DNA of 64,000 nucleotides. Source: Eledone cirrhosa. Lineage: Eukaryota. Below the pieces are notes generated by a model. That model saw only the letters and a list, made by a program, of their open reading frames with translations, ran no database searches and had not been told where the DNA came from. The translations under genes and the position numbers were made by a program. The DNA lies in the NCBI GenBank assembly GCA_964016885.1, contig OZ024740.1, forward strand, positions 56,792,001-56,856,000, in the 5' to 3' direction. This document shows, piece after piece, positions 15,056 through 28,702 of the stretch; the first letter of the stretch is position 1, and each line of letters begins with the position of its first letter.

Positions 15056-15183
15056 GAGAGAGCAAAGAGCATGAAATAAGTACGGATAAAGAGAACGTGA
15101 ATAGGGAGATTCATAATACTCTATAAGGTATCCTCCGATTCACGTTCTCTTTATCAGTACTTATTTCATGCTCTTTGCTCTCT
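15056..15183. repeat. ~50-bp-arm inverted repeat (hairpin)
   Basis: AGAGAGCAAAGAGCATGAAATAAGTAC.GATAAAGAGAACGTGAAT versus its reverse complement at about 15138-15183. Confidence 0.9.
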
Positions 15184-15898
15184 ATCTTTCTCTCTCTTTG
15201 TTTATGAAGGTACCCGGAAAAATCCCATGTCTCGGGAACCCGTGATCCAATTTATGCGAAACTTGTTTTATTCCATTTGTATTCCCATTTCAGGGGAAAC
15301 TTCCTTTCAAAGTATTTTCCCATTATGCGCCCTTTTGGCTGTATTACATTACAGAAAAGCAAGGAAGCAATCACAGACTTTTAGTAATATATCGATAAAC
15401 CCGGTATAGGCTGAGTCCTGTTGCTAGTATATTATATAAACAGTGTTCATGTTTTTAAGTAGTAACCAAACATGTTGCTTGTGATTGAAATCCGATTTAT
15501 ATTTGGACAATCGTTCAAAGGAAACCATAGAAAACATAGTTTTTTTGTTCCAATGTAAATCCCTTACTACCACTAGTAGTAGTAGTAGTAGTGGTGGTGG
15601 TGGTGGTAGTAGTAGTAGTAGTAGTTATCAAAATCTATTATCGCATATTACATTACGGAAACACTTTTGTCAATATTCCAGTTTAAAAATTTGTGAAAAA
15701 AGAAAGAAATTACTTTATAAAATTCATTAAACGCATTATAGTTTTACATTGATTAAAACTTCAATGGAATCAATAATTTCATCATCACATTTAATGGGGA
15801 AATAAAACGGATCTATTTCAAAATCCTACCAGTGTGTATATGTGAACAGATTGATCTGTGTCCAGGTCACATGCTATTCCATGTACTGTACACAACTG

Positions 15899-15936
15899 TT
15901 AATCATCAGCTACCCATGTAAGAGTTAAAACGTGTT
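15899..15936 (-). CDS. Candidate short downstream/terminal coding exon of the host gene (EHVLTLTWVADD*)
   Basis: Strong acceptor TTTTCTTCTTTTTCCTTCTCTTTGAAG; read in phase 1 from the 19687 donor gives 12 codons then TAA. No homology support. Confidence 0.3.
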
Positions 15937-18185
15937 CTTCAAAGAGAAGGAAAAAGAAGAAAATCGCAGTGTATAATAAAACAGCTGAATAAATTAATAA
16001 ATAATTGTAAAGTGATGTTAAATGGTATTTAATTTTTACAGAATTAACCGACTATATAATAGAAATATATATCGATATCTGCTAACCTAAAATCAATTTC
16101 TCTATATTTTTACACTCTCATAAGTTATTATTTTTCAACAAAAGAACTTAATATATCTATCGATTAATGCAGGTCAGAATAATGTGGTTCCTGATTTTAT
16201 GTAGCTGGTAGTTTGTCAAGAAATATCGAATTCGATTTCCTGTGGTACATTCAACATATAAAATCAAGAAGAAAAATTGATAAGTAATGCAGTATAATTT
16301 CCCTATCTTTGTTTCCGGATTCAATATCACAGCTCAGCACCTTAGGTGTGTGCCTTCAACCATTGTATTAGATCAACTAAAGCCTTGTATGTAAAACTGT
16401 GTAGACGGAAACTGTATGAGATGGACGACTGCTCTTTCTATTCGGTGGTTGACTTAAACTTTCGCCCAATCTAACACTTGTTCCCGTCTCCTTTTATTTG
16501 AGAGCAATCAATTCTATGTTTCCGGTCAGAGAATAACCTCCTTCCCTTCACACCAGTCTTCGAGTACCATGAAATACCTCATAGACGTCTACACTATATT
16601 TAATTATGTACAATTATTTACTGTTATCAATATGCGGAGCATGAAGTGTACGATTACAAAACAGACAGAAGTATGAATATCAATAAAGTCGTATATGAAC
16701 CCATACGAAATGTATATTTACGTATAGTAAACATACATTAGGTGCTGGGGTTATGTTTAACGGAGAAGGGAATTTTGAATAAAACCGAACTCTTGGAATG
16801 TTTTGTTAAACCGTAAATCCTAGTGTTTAAAACATAGAAATCATCAGAAATGTTTATGAAAAATAAAATAAATAAATAAATAGTAATAGACAAGGAGTTT
16901 GGCATTACACAGTTCTGCTTCATTTTTGGCTATTTTCTAACGCAAGTCACTGTTTTCTTTCTTTTAAATTTCGAGGTATTTTATGAAATAGATCAGGCAA
17001 CCCTACGGGAATCAGCGTGATTCCACACGTACCCGTAAAATGATCATTTGCGTTCTTTCAGCTATTCTATTTTTTTTTTTTTATGCATATCCAAAATGGA
17101 GTAATTTCATGTAGCAGTATTGAATTTAGTTATTAATAAACCCGGGAAATTCCGGATACTGCAGGTAGCATTAAATAAGATTGGTTTATTATGAGGGTAA
17201 CTTAGTGGTTATCTCGAAAACCTTATTTATTCGACAATCATATTCTCATTAAATTACCGATATTACATTTTCTAAATGTGCAGTATGGCTTGGAGTTAGA
17301 AAATATACATTAGTACTTATGAAAAAAGAGACAACGAATCTATAGCGTCATTAGAACGTCAAATAGAATGCTTTGTGGTATGCGATCCGGCTCTCACTGT
17401 TCTAAGTTCACATACTCTCGATGACTTCTTTACCTTTCCTCCTTTCGAGGTTGATAAATAAGTACCAGTCCTGTACGGGGCGATTTTTCCTCTATATCTT
17501 TTTCTCACTTATTCTTCCTCACCTTCTCACTCGTTCTCAGGTATAAACCGGCAGATTTCTGACCTACAGAGGGATAGGGTCCGCCATGTTTAAATGCCCC
17601 ATATATGGACATATGGCGTCCAACGACTCCTTCAGTTGAGGGTCTATACCTACTTGTGAAATCAAAAAAAGCAATCAACTAGTTACAGTGATCTAGAGCA
17701 ATATTTTCAACCCGAACGCTTTATTACAGAACAGTAAATAAATGTCGTTAGTATCACTGTGGTTCTAATTAGATAAAAATGTAGTTAATACCAGCTGAAT
17801 TACCTGGCGTTGCCCGGGTTACTGCTGTTCTTATTCAGATTAGTAAACAATAAATATGTAGACGTTTTTTTTCTTATAATTATTTCAAAATATGTATATT
17901 TTATTTTTAAAATATCAAAGTTGTAATAATAGAATTTAGAAATGAAAATCTGTCAATCTTGAAGCACCTCAGGTTAAACAATATTCATTGCGTCATCTAT
18001 TGTTGGTGTCCAAATGAATAAATTGTTGCTCACACACATACACTCACTCACACAACAAAAACACTCTCACATACAATCACACACACTCACATAGATATAC
18101 TAAGATAGACACACACAAACATATATATATATTTATTAAAATAACAGATTAAAGTTTGGATTTTAGTCTTCAAATTTATTATTAT

Positions 18186-18238
<53 letters not shown>

Positions 18239-18242
<4 letters not shown>

Positions 18243-19129
18243 GAGAGTAAAACAAAGAATCCTTTAATACATCAAAAGTTTTTATTAGCCGACAATGTTT
18301 CGTCCTATTAAGGACTCATCAGGGCAATCAAAACAACAAGAGGTAATATCGGCAGATACAAGCCGGAAACTCTGAAGAATATGGAGTGTACATACACTAA
18401 TGTCTTACAAAAATATATGATAATAAAAATGAAAATAAAAATAAAAATAATAAAAATATATAATAAGAATAACTAAGGATGTAGATAACATTAAGAACCA
18501 TATTACAAATATAGTCCAAAGCAACTAACCTAAATCTAAACAAATTTGGTTATATAGAGCAGGAATTATATATAACACAATATAATACATTATAATAATA
18601 ATATACTTTTACCAACATTAAAATTACAAATTAAAAATCAAAAGGTACAATATATACATGTATATATGCGCGCACACACACACATATATAACAACACACA
18701 CATCTATGTTCCACTACACAAAATTAAGCCCTATTAGAAGTTTGAATATAAAAATAAGCATGATAAGAGTGAAAATAATACTAATACATCTACCCAATAT
18801 ACATGAGGCAATAATATGATATAATTACAAGAAACACATATAACAAATAATAAACAACAAAATTATATAATTCAATATAATATAATAAAATAAAATAGAT
18901 AATCCCCGGTCAATTTACAGAAACAACCTCTTGTTGTTTTGATTGCCCTGATGAGTCCTTAATAGGACGAAACATTGTCGGCTAATAAAAACTTTTGATG
19001 TATTAAAGGATTCTTTGTTTTTCTCTCTTAATTTTTTGGCTCTGTTTAACTGCATTGAGCTATACCTTTTACTGTCATTTCTATAATACGAAGAGGGTGT
19101 TTGACTCCAACACGCTCCAGTATTCTAAT

Positions 19130-19132
<3 letters not shown>
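18239..19132. mobile_element. HHR-bearing fold-back element 3 (arms 18239-18345 and 18926-19031, plus a right-hand tail)
   Basis: Near-identical ~105-bp inverted arms, AT-rich ~580-bp spacer, (TA)n on both sides. Confidence 0.88.
18942..18986 (+). ncRNA. Canonical minimal type-I hammerhead ribozyme (mirror copy 18284-18328, minus)
   Basis: ATTGCC-CTGATGA-GTCCT-TAAT-AGGAC-GAAA-CATT-GTC-GGCTAAT; intact core, 5-bp stem II, GUC site. Confidence 0.9.
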
Positions 19133-19192
<60 letters not shown>

Positions 19193-19212
19193 CATATATA
19201 TACACGTATATA

Positions 19213-19345
19213 TTGACATATGTTGATGCCCTAAGGACAAACACTAGTCTCTTGGAGACGCAGGACATGGCAGCGATGATGAAGGACAGAGACCACTGGA
19301 GAGAACTCGTCCATGGATCTCGGGAATTTTACCCACCCCAGATAG
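19213..19345 (+). mobile_element. RTE LINE extreme 3' fragment
   Basis: Translates as TYVDAL...[14 protein letters not shown], typical of an RTE ORF C-terminus. Confidence 0.65.
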
Positions 19346-19355
19346 ATTTACACAT

Positions 19356-19394
<39 letters not shown>

Positions 19395-19686
19395 CATATA
19401 TATATACCATATATATATGTATATATGTATATATATATATTTTTTTTTTTTTTCGTTGTATTGTAAACGGTGTATATATATAAAAAACATTAAGCGCAAC
19501 TTCAAACCTTTATTATTATTTTTCCTATATAAGGTGATATGAAGAGAAACACTTCATCTTTTAAGGTAAGTGTTTAGAAATAGTCATTATTATCGCAGGA
19601 ATAGAAAACGGACTTGTACATGTTTATTTTTGGTAAATAAAAAGTATCAATGTTGTAAAAACTAATGAATGATAAAATATTCTCAC

Positions 19687-20512
19687 CTTGATCTCCTTTG
19701 GCTTTTTGTGCTGCTAAACCCAAATTTTGGCATAAAGGTAAGGTGATCCTCCGACATTTATTGGGACTGGTATCTGGTGCAAGCAGATCATTCCCTCTGA
19801 CCATTGGAACATCGTAGGTACTAGAGCGAAATACGGGTGTTATATCAAGTGTTCGAATACGAGTCGGTGTCAAACTCACCGAACGGAATTTACTTTTCTT
19901 GTCAGCAGCAGAGGCTTTTTTAATGTTGTAATCAGTTGTTTCAAGTGACTTAACTTTGTCATTTGCTTGTATATCTACTTTACACTCTGAAGTTAGGCTG
20001 TTAGATGAACTGCTGTAGCAGACTGCATCCTGCCGTTGTATCTTGTTGTGGCTGTCACTTCTTGTCTCCGGAACCTTTTCGCTCTTTATATCTTCACGCA
20101 CCACCTCTTCTTTACTACGAATTGGTTTACGTTTACCATTATTTTCTTGGTGTCTTCTACTATTAACAGACGAAGCTGAAAGTGTGCGGGATCGTGCTGA
20201 GCGTCTATATGGTTCCTCGGGAGAGTTTACTATGATTTCAGGAATTTCTCGATCAAAATCACTTCTATTCCGGAGAACAGATCGACGGCGATATTTACGA
20301 TCTAGTCGTTTCTTCCTTCGCATTTTCCTTTCTGTTTCGAATTGTTCTGTGTCTCCCGACGCTTCTTCGTCTTTATATTCACAAGAGTATCCAGTAGGCA
20401 AACTCCGAGCACGGTAAGATCTACGATTAATTGGGGCATGAGCTACTGTCGGTTGGCATTCTGTTTCAACAGCCGATCGGAAAACATCAGACGATACATC
20501 CGTCAGAGTATC
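19687..20512 (-). CDS. Host gene exon (826 nt, phase 0 to 1): Ser/Arg/charged low-complexity region following the zinc finger
   Basis: Long open frame (DTLTDVSSDVFR...KAKGDQ); acceptor TTCTATGTTTTGAAG, donor CAAG|GTGAGA; phase matches the 27949 donor. Confidence 0.85.
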
Positions 20513-22076
20513 CTTCAAAACATAGAAGTTACATACACTATTAAGAATCACTAATATTATCATTAACATTATTATAAACAACACTAATAACAACAAGGAA
20601 ATAGTATTAAGTAAACTGTTATATGTTTTACTGGTCACGTGTAACTACTGCAAGAACCCTCTTTCAGAATTTACACAACCCTATAGTACCATTCTATGGA
20701 ATTACCTATACATATCATCCTCAACCTATAGACGCATCTATAGTAGAGATTAATTATTATTCTATGTTCAATTATAAATGGAATAATAAACATTTCTTTT
20801 GATTCAGCAGCTTAATCATTGCTCTTCATCGAATATGTCATTAGTACTCTTAAATATATAATTAAGTATAGGTTATCATACTTGGTGAAGTGAAAATAAT
20901 GTGTAATCTATTAAAAATTAATGCGAAGAAAATTCATTAGCATTAATGAAAATTTACCCTCAATGATGCAAAGGAGATAATTCTCGAAATCTCAATTGAT
21001 CAAAAATTAAATGAAAATATAGTCTATGTGAGTTTGATATTTGGTAAATGTGTTATTTACATGCGAACATGTTTCAATTATATTCAGTCCCCTCAGCGGG
21101 ACATATCACCATGGTTACCAATGATCAGACTCACCTCATCCCAGTATATTTCCATTTAGTCAATTTGCTCACCCCAGTTAATATTATTATTAATTAATGT
21201 TAATGGATATTATTCTCGTTACGTTTATAATTTCAATTGATTAAAATCTACTTTTGACTCACCAAACAACGTTTGTTAGTATATAGTTGACTAAATCATT
21301 TAGATGCAGAAGGTATTCTTGGGAAAATATTTTAAATTACAATATATAGTTCATTAATAAAGTATGATAGAAATGTAAATATAAGCAGTGAAACAGCTGT
21401 TATTGATTTTGTTCTTTAGCTCCAAGTCAGATCTAATTTAACAAACCTATAATCAAAGACAATTATGCCTTGTCCATCTTGTCGTTTTATATACCAGTTA
21501 CTTAGTTTTTGTTTTTGGATAACTTTATAAAATTTAACTTATTAAACCTTACCTTAATATATTTCTAATGAAATGCACTACCAATGTTTTTTAAAAATAA
21601 TGAATAATTTAACAGATTTAGTTATATAACTAACTTTCTCGTTATTAAGATGGAATTAGAAGCACTTTCACAAAGATTCTTACATACATTTATGATGGAA
21701 GATTTTTAGATAAAAATAAACATTTTAAGATAAACAGGTTGGTTTTGAAGAAAAGAGATTTCAGACGATAACCCGATCGTAATAAATGTATTTGTTCTGG
21801 TATATGTCAGCACCAGCCAGGTGGATATTTATTTTACTTATATCCATTTCTTTTTATAAATTTATTTGCAATTAAAAATAATTAGGGGGCTCTATGAAGA
21901 ATTAAGTTTTAGTTATTTGGGGGTAAGAAATTTGCTTCATAATCGTGTGGTTCTAGTTCCGATCTCATTGTGCAGTACCTTCAACAAGTGACTTTTACCG
22001 TAGAATTGTACTGACCAATAGATTCTGAGTAAAATTGGGATGACAGAATCTATACGAAATCATTTCGCATATATAC

Positions 22077-22081
<5 letters not shown>

Positions 22082-22171
<90 letters not shown>

Positions 22172-22200
22172 TGTCTGTGTGTGTGTGTGTCTGTGTGTGT
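22082..22200. repeat. (TG)n microsatellite
   Basis: Read directly from the sequence. Confidence 0.97.
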
Positions 22201-25200
22201 TTAGATATAATATCTCAGGATTTTAATGCACAACAACGTTTAAGTTTATGTTAATCTCTGCATGATTGCTCAATCTCTTAAACATAGCAGACAAATTTCC
22301 CTCTATATCATTTAATATGTGTTGTGTTATTTAATTTATTACGTTGTCGAGCGAATGCATATCATACATACAGAAACGGACTGGAATGTGGAAAAATATG
22401 TTGTTGGGATTGCCAAGTAAATAATTATCCTTAATCTGAAGAATAATGTATTTAATAGTGAATCTATTGAACGTACATTATCGTTAGAACGACTAGCTAT
22501 AAATCATAAGTCTCGTGTTTTAAGTAGGAACTTTGTGTCCACGATATTAAACAAGTTCAAAAATACGTTAATGTATGATAGTGGTTTATGATCAACTTCA
22601 ATAAATATATTATTCTGTATTGCCAAATATTTAACCTGGGGGCGTGTAGGAGAAATTGCATTTTCCTCAGTGTATAAAAGGTACTTATTGTTTTTAGTAT
22701 GAAAGAATAAAAACAACGTCCAGCAAATTGTAGTCAACGGGAGAGCGTCTTCGTTTTCATTCTCCTTGCTAGAAATAGCAGCCAATTCCCTCTCAAATGA
22801 CATCCCGTCACCTTGAAAAGGAAAATATTTTGAATGATTGAATGATGTAATCCTAGATATACAGTACCATGTTAGATGATGACAGGGTTCGTATTTTGAA
22901 CACCTAAGTCTATCCATTCAGAGCTTTTTTAGGGCTAAACAATTAAAATAGCAACAAATTCAAATTTACTGTTTTACTATGTTTTATTGTATCGAGTTCC
23001 AAAGGAGACAATCAGTATTGACTCCGATAGTATTTGAATTAGCAACGGATTCAGATTGGTGTCTCAGAACTCCCCACAGAAATTTCTTTAATAATTTGAC
23101 TTACGTATATCAGTCTACACTGTTTACCAAGTCAGTTCCTTAGAATTACGTGGGATGGGAAATTATATGAATAATAAAGTATATAAAAGTCTCAACAGAT
23201 TCTTCTTCCATGGTTATTAACAAACACGTTAATGCCAGAAGTTATAATCGCCTTCGGAGGATTGTACTAAAAGACGTAATCTTTACTGTCATGGAGAATG
23301 TACGTCGAAATCCTCAAATATATAAATCTGCGAGCATCTAATTTTAGATATATAGATAGTTAGAAAGCTCTACAAACATATAGACAGACACACCACGAGA
23401 CAAGTAAACAGGTGGACAGGTGAAAGGAATAGATACATGAATAGATAATTAATGTTAGAGATATAGAGGCAGGTGTGTGTAATTTAATCACAAAACGGCC
23501 ATTGATATTTACAAATACAGTGTTACGTGCTGGAGGGATTCGGCAAATATCATTAAATGTGAAAAAGAATTATACTTTTCTTATAAAAATGTACATAAAA
23601 TACTCATATCTATCTTCCTCGTTATTCAAGCTAGTACTATTTTCCAAAGTTAAGTAATCCTCTAATTTTATATTTTTATAACAGAAGTCTTAAAATATCC
23701 AAATCCCAAATGTTTAATTTTTAAATGGTTTCAATTTACACCCAATTAAATATCTTAGGTCAGATATATTTCAGTAAAATGAGATGAAATCATACATCTT
23801 CATTTAATGTTCTGTTTTTTTTTGCTAGGTAAGACGGAAAAATTCTGTCAAAAACATGCAAAAATAGGAAATTGCGTTCAGTCTGTAACCCTAAGAGGGA
23901 TAAATATCGAGAAGAGATAACGAGTTGGTTTCTTTTCTCGGCTCAGCATACGTCTCTAATGTATTTGATGAGTAATATATGAACATCCCACTAAATACAT
24001 TTTTCTATTCTCTCTACAGCTGTTACATAAGAATGCGGGTAGCTGAATAACTAGTATAACCTCATAAAAACAAAACAGCTGAGAGTTTGGTCGTTTGTAT
24101 TGTGTAACATTATGTTGTTTCAGTAGACCTAACATTTAATTCTCAAAGTCCATTCCACATAGTTGAAAATAAGTACCATAAGATTAGAATAACTTGTTAT
24201 TGTCAGGAGCTACAACACTGTCAATTTAGCTAAAAATGTTCTTTCCCAATGCGGAATTTATGTTTTGTTTTTTATTTGTTTTGGGGGTGTGGGTCTTAGA
24301 GTGGAGACTGTAGCTGGAGAATCTGTTCCAGTCTTGGCCTTACTATTAAACTCCGATTTTTCTTCTGGTTCTAGTTACGGGCTCGTAAGATGAGTGATGT
24401 GCAACAAACTATTCCACGATACATTTTATCACATAATGCCCCATTTCTCGGCATCGAGAAAGGTTACGACTTTTGTATCATTGTGTCAAAGTAAAATCAG
24501 CAAAATTAGTATTATTGTTTACGAATAAACGAGATGCCAGTGACTTTGTCTTACAACTTAATGTTCAAATTCTACTTTGGTCGATTATACCATCTGTCCA
24601 TTATTTCTACAGTGAAAGCACTAACGCACTACAAACAGAATTGAAATTTCATAAACCAGAACGCTACAAAAGCCTGATACTTAAAACATTTGATTGTTCG
24701 TCTCTTTTTAATCAGGAGGCATAATTAGAACATTCCACAATAAGTTTCTGTATGTACAACATCAGACAAGACAAACCGCAGACATTGAAATCTATCGTTG
24801 AGTAATGGTAGTGTCTATAACGTCTTCCAAGACTATCGAGATATAACGTAATGAAAGATTGTAGAGTGATAGCATTTTTAAAGGTTTTGTTCTTAGAGTC
24901 TTTGAAATCCATTGAAATTGATTAGATTGACGCTGTTGATGTGTTTTATCAATCAACAGCAAGTTGTTGAATACAAAAAAAAAACATGAACTGGGAATAA
25001 ATTCCAAAAGGAACGTTTGTGGAAGGAGCACGAAGCAAAGTATTCCGTACAGGACCTGGAATTGGATACAATATGGGTGACAATAGTAGGAAATACGTGT
25101 TGGGTGGGTGTGGCTGAAGGTTGCCAGAGATCAGCCAGTTCCCAGAAGCAAAGATCATCAATATAGAGCCGTAGAATAAGTAGGGTTATGAGACAGAAAG

Positions 25201-25690
25201 TCTGTAGACCAGAGATTAGAATGTAATTGTGGCTTCTTTTCGTTCCATGCTTTTTAGCACGTGACCTTTTGTTGGATGCTGGCTAGCATGTCTATATGTA
25301 AAGAAGTAGCATCGTTATAAACATGGGAGTAGGTTTACATTATGAGCATGAGCTGTGGATAGGGTTTTCAAGTTATAGTTACTCCTAGACTTTGATTTGT
25401 ATACAACTAAACTGAGATAAAAAGCAATGTTTTAACTCAGTGCTACCTCAAATAAAGGCCGTCAATCTCACTTGTTCTAATGTTGTGTTGACGATGAAAA
25501 CAATATAATGATGTAAAAAATGTGAAATGATTAACGAATCTACATGTCATATAGGAGCAAAAATCATGCTGATTTTCGCTGCTCCTCAAGCACGTGGGAT
25601 CCGCGTTTGTCCCATAGAAAAGATGTCTTTTACTGCACCCTTTTTTTACCAATGCTGTGCGAGAAACTATGTGGAAGCCCCTCATATATA

Positions 25691-26060
25691 TCATCATCCT
25701 CATCATCATCATTTTACGTCCGCTTTTCCCTGCTTGCAAGAGTTGCACATCAACAGCGTCAATCTAATCAATTTCAGCACAGCATCTCGCCACTTGTCAC
25801 GGTCCTTCGTCATCTCCTCCGTGAGTTTCAGCGATCTGAGGTCTGTTCTCACCACCTCCACCCATATTTTTCGTGGTCTACCTCTACTGCGTCTTCCTTC
25901 TACTGGGATTTCTTGGCACTTCTTTACCCAGCGGTCATCCTCTATGCGCATCACATGTCCATACCATATCAGCCTTCTCTCCTGCACACCACAACTTATC
26001 CCTCTTATACCCAGTTTCTTTCTCAACTCGTCTATGCTTGGTCGTTCACGCACATTGACA
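25691..26060 (-). mobile_element. RTE LINE 3' fragment with (GAT)n tail
   Basis: ELRKKLGIRGI..ERRLIWYGHVMR..GRPRKIW..DRDKWR; same family and GGACGT(A/T)AAA..(GAT)n end as 58660-60892. Confidence 0.9.
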
Positions 26061-26074
26061 CACACACACACACA

Positions 26075-26139
<65 letters not shown>

Positions 26140-26758
26140 ATGTGTGTGTGTCATTGTAACATGGGGTATCGAATTTCGTCCCTTTAACTTTAATAGTAAC
26201 TTAGCCATTCGACAAAGAGAGAAATCGATAAAAAGTATTAATAGACTGAAATATGTTCTGGGGACGATATGATTAGTTTAAAATCTTTGGTGGTAAAGCT
26301 CCAGCATGACCGAAGACCAATTACTGATTAAGCAGCCTTGCGTTATTTTATCGAGTCCAGAAGGATAAAAGGCAAATTTAACCTCTGAACGTAAAGATCT
26401 CTAACTAAATGACACAAAGCGTTTTCTCCGGCGTTGTAACAATTCTGCCAATCCTCCGCCCTTGAAAGCAACAAGATAATAACATTATTGTGTATGCCTC
26501 CATGTATCTGCTCAAGTGGAATGTGAAGAGCTTTTCTGTTTCATGGATTATGCCAATGCTGTCGAGGTTGAATTACAATAAATCGTTGACATTTTATAAC
26601 TATACATGAGAGTATAAAGATTGTGGGTTAGAGTCGCCCAATTTTCTAGCTTACATTTTATCGAGTAACGACTACTGCATTTGTTATATTATGCTATTAA
26701 ATCAAATATATAAGTTATACATTCACTGAACCCAAAGAATTGTAAAATCCATTAGCCA

Positions 26759-26927
26759 ATAATTGTTTCTACTTTTGGCACAAGGCCAGCAATTATCCCA
26801 GTGTATTACTGGTACTTTATTTTATCGACCCTGTAAGGATGAAAGGCAAAGTTAACCTCGGCGGGATTTGAACTCAGATCATAAAGCTTCAAAGCATGGC
26901 GTCCGACCCTCTACCGATACTGCCAAT
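26759..26927 (-). mobile_element. tRNA-derived SINE (older copies at about 26335-26460, 30605-30755, 38995-39150, 50758-50890)
   Basis: A/B boxes and conserved body. Confidence 0.85.
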
Positions 26928-27162
26928 AAGAAAAAAACATAAAAGGTTTAAACAGTGGAATAAATTTTATGCACATACTGTTCTGCCCTGAAGGTTATGC
27001 TTCTTTATACTATTTAGAAATTCATTATATAACAACGAGCTATATTTATAAATATAAATAACTAACTAAACATCTTTTTACCTTCAAACCTAAATGAAAT
27101 CTATTAACTATTTTACCAACTGTCAAATGTAGGTGATTTCTAATATTTATTAGATCAAATCC

Positions 27163-27260
27163 TACCAAAGCTGACTTTATGAAGGTCCATAAAATACCAA
27201 AGCTGACTTTATGAAGGTCGATAAAATACCAAAGCTGACTTTATGAAGGTCGATAAAATA
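27163..27260 (+). repeat. 3 x 32-bp tandem repeat
   Basis: TACCAAAGCTGACTTTATGAAGGTC(C/G)ATAAAA at 27163, 27195, 27227. Confidence 0.95.
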
Positions 27261-27948
27261 ACTAACAGTCAAGGAGTGTGCTCGATTTAATTGAATTCTG
27301 TCACCCACAAAATGTGCCTCTGTTAGAAATTGATATTTATATTCCTATATAATACATCATTCGTTTGTGAATTGGAAATTAATTCTCAGCTAAATAAATC
27401 TGGTGGTAGTGATAGTGGTGGCCGTCGTCATTGTGGTATTGTTATTTAACCCCAGGATATGGTTAGAAACATTCCAGCCATAATAATCCCATCTTTTTCT
27501 CCAGACAATATATCCAAGATTACATTTTACATTATTATATTTTACATTATTAATACCTCTATCTTTTGTAAAACAGTAGTGTGGGAATTATTGGATATTT
27601 GGCCGAGCGAGCACTTAGAGTTTCCTTCACTGGTTCGTGAGGCTACCTCATTGCTTTCCTTTTACGTCACAAACTTCAGTATTGCCATTGAAAATAATAT
27701 GAGTCATTAAAAATTCAACAAGAAGTGAAAATAAAACAGCGTAAAACGCTATCTAGAGATTCAAATCTCAATGTGCTTATCTTTACTTTTCCTACTTTTA
27801 CGATATGAGAATCAATAGTAATCTAGAATATTTTAGTTGACCACGCAATCTACATCTATAAAAGATGTCCATATTATTAAAATCAATAATTAGTCTTTAA
27901 AAAAAAATAACACTACAAAACACACGTTAGACTTGGAATCGAACTTAC

Positions 27949-28116
27949 GTCAATTAATGTAGTAGTGGCTTCGTCACTGTGCTGTTTCGGCTTGATTGTC
28001 GATTCACTACAATCGATGATATCCGCAGCATCATCCCCATGATACCATGTACCTGTCTTGCACATCATTTCTCTCCGAAGTTGACAATGAGCGCACCGCC
28101 ATTTCCCTCGTATGCT
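27949..28116 (-). CDS. Host gene exon (168 nt, phase 0 to 0): last CxxC of the Rab-effector zinc finger plus SGAWFF-like motif
   Basis: Not in the ORF track. TTTTATTTCTAG|SIRGKWRCAHCQLRREMMCKTGTWYHGDDAADIIDCSESTIKPKQHSDEATTTLID|GTAAGT; matches the RIM/rabphilin W-x-C-x-x-C...K-S/T-G-x-W-F/Y pattern. Confidence 0.92.
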
Positions 28117-28702
28117 CTAGAAATAAAATGTAAAGTTTTATGAATAAATATTCTTTTTAAATTCCGGGAGGTTTTAGTGTTAAACCATTTCAAATATCAA
28201 GACATTTATAGTATGCATATCAAAGATTCTTGTCCATTTTAAAAGTAAATGCTGAGTTTTGAACAGAGTTGCATTATTCATTAAAATCTGTTTTTTTACT
28301 GTTACTAGCAATATGTATTTCATGTGAAACAGGTGAGATACATAGAATAAATTTTAATATCTCGGCTACAAGAGAAGGTTAATTACAGGATAATTTCCGT
28401 TATAGAACAGTAAAATATATTGATAAAACACCTGCCTATGCAGATTACGAATATTTACTAGATATTGATCATCTCTTTTGCAACAACTATAAAAACCTGG
28501 ATCTAGAGCTAAATACATATAATCAGGATGATATACACGTAATCCTCACTCATAACCTACAAGACTGACCCAAGTAGAATATTGCTTAACCAAACTATGC
28601 TTTCAGAAAATTAATTCAGAATTCTTAATGTTTGTATCATATTCGGCAGTACAACTTCGTGCGTGTATAAAGCAGATGTAACGTTTAAAACTCTTTAATG
28701 TA

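Noticed and set aside
22504-22917. 137-aa minus ORF (GDGMSFERELAAISSK) as a host exon
   Set aside because: Overlaps a dispersed repeat (TGCTAGAAATAGCAGCCAA..CTCAAAT) also seen near 30930, 33590 and 34940; the flanking exons already join in phase without it.
27163-27260. CRISPR-like array
   Set aside because: Repeats are contiguous with no spacers, and the context is eukaryotic.
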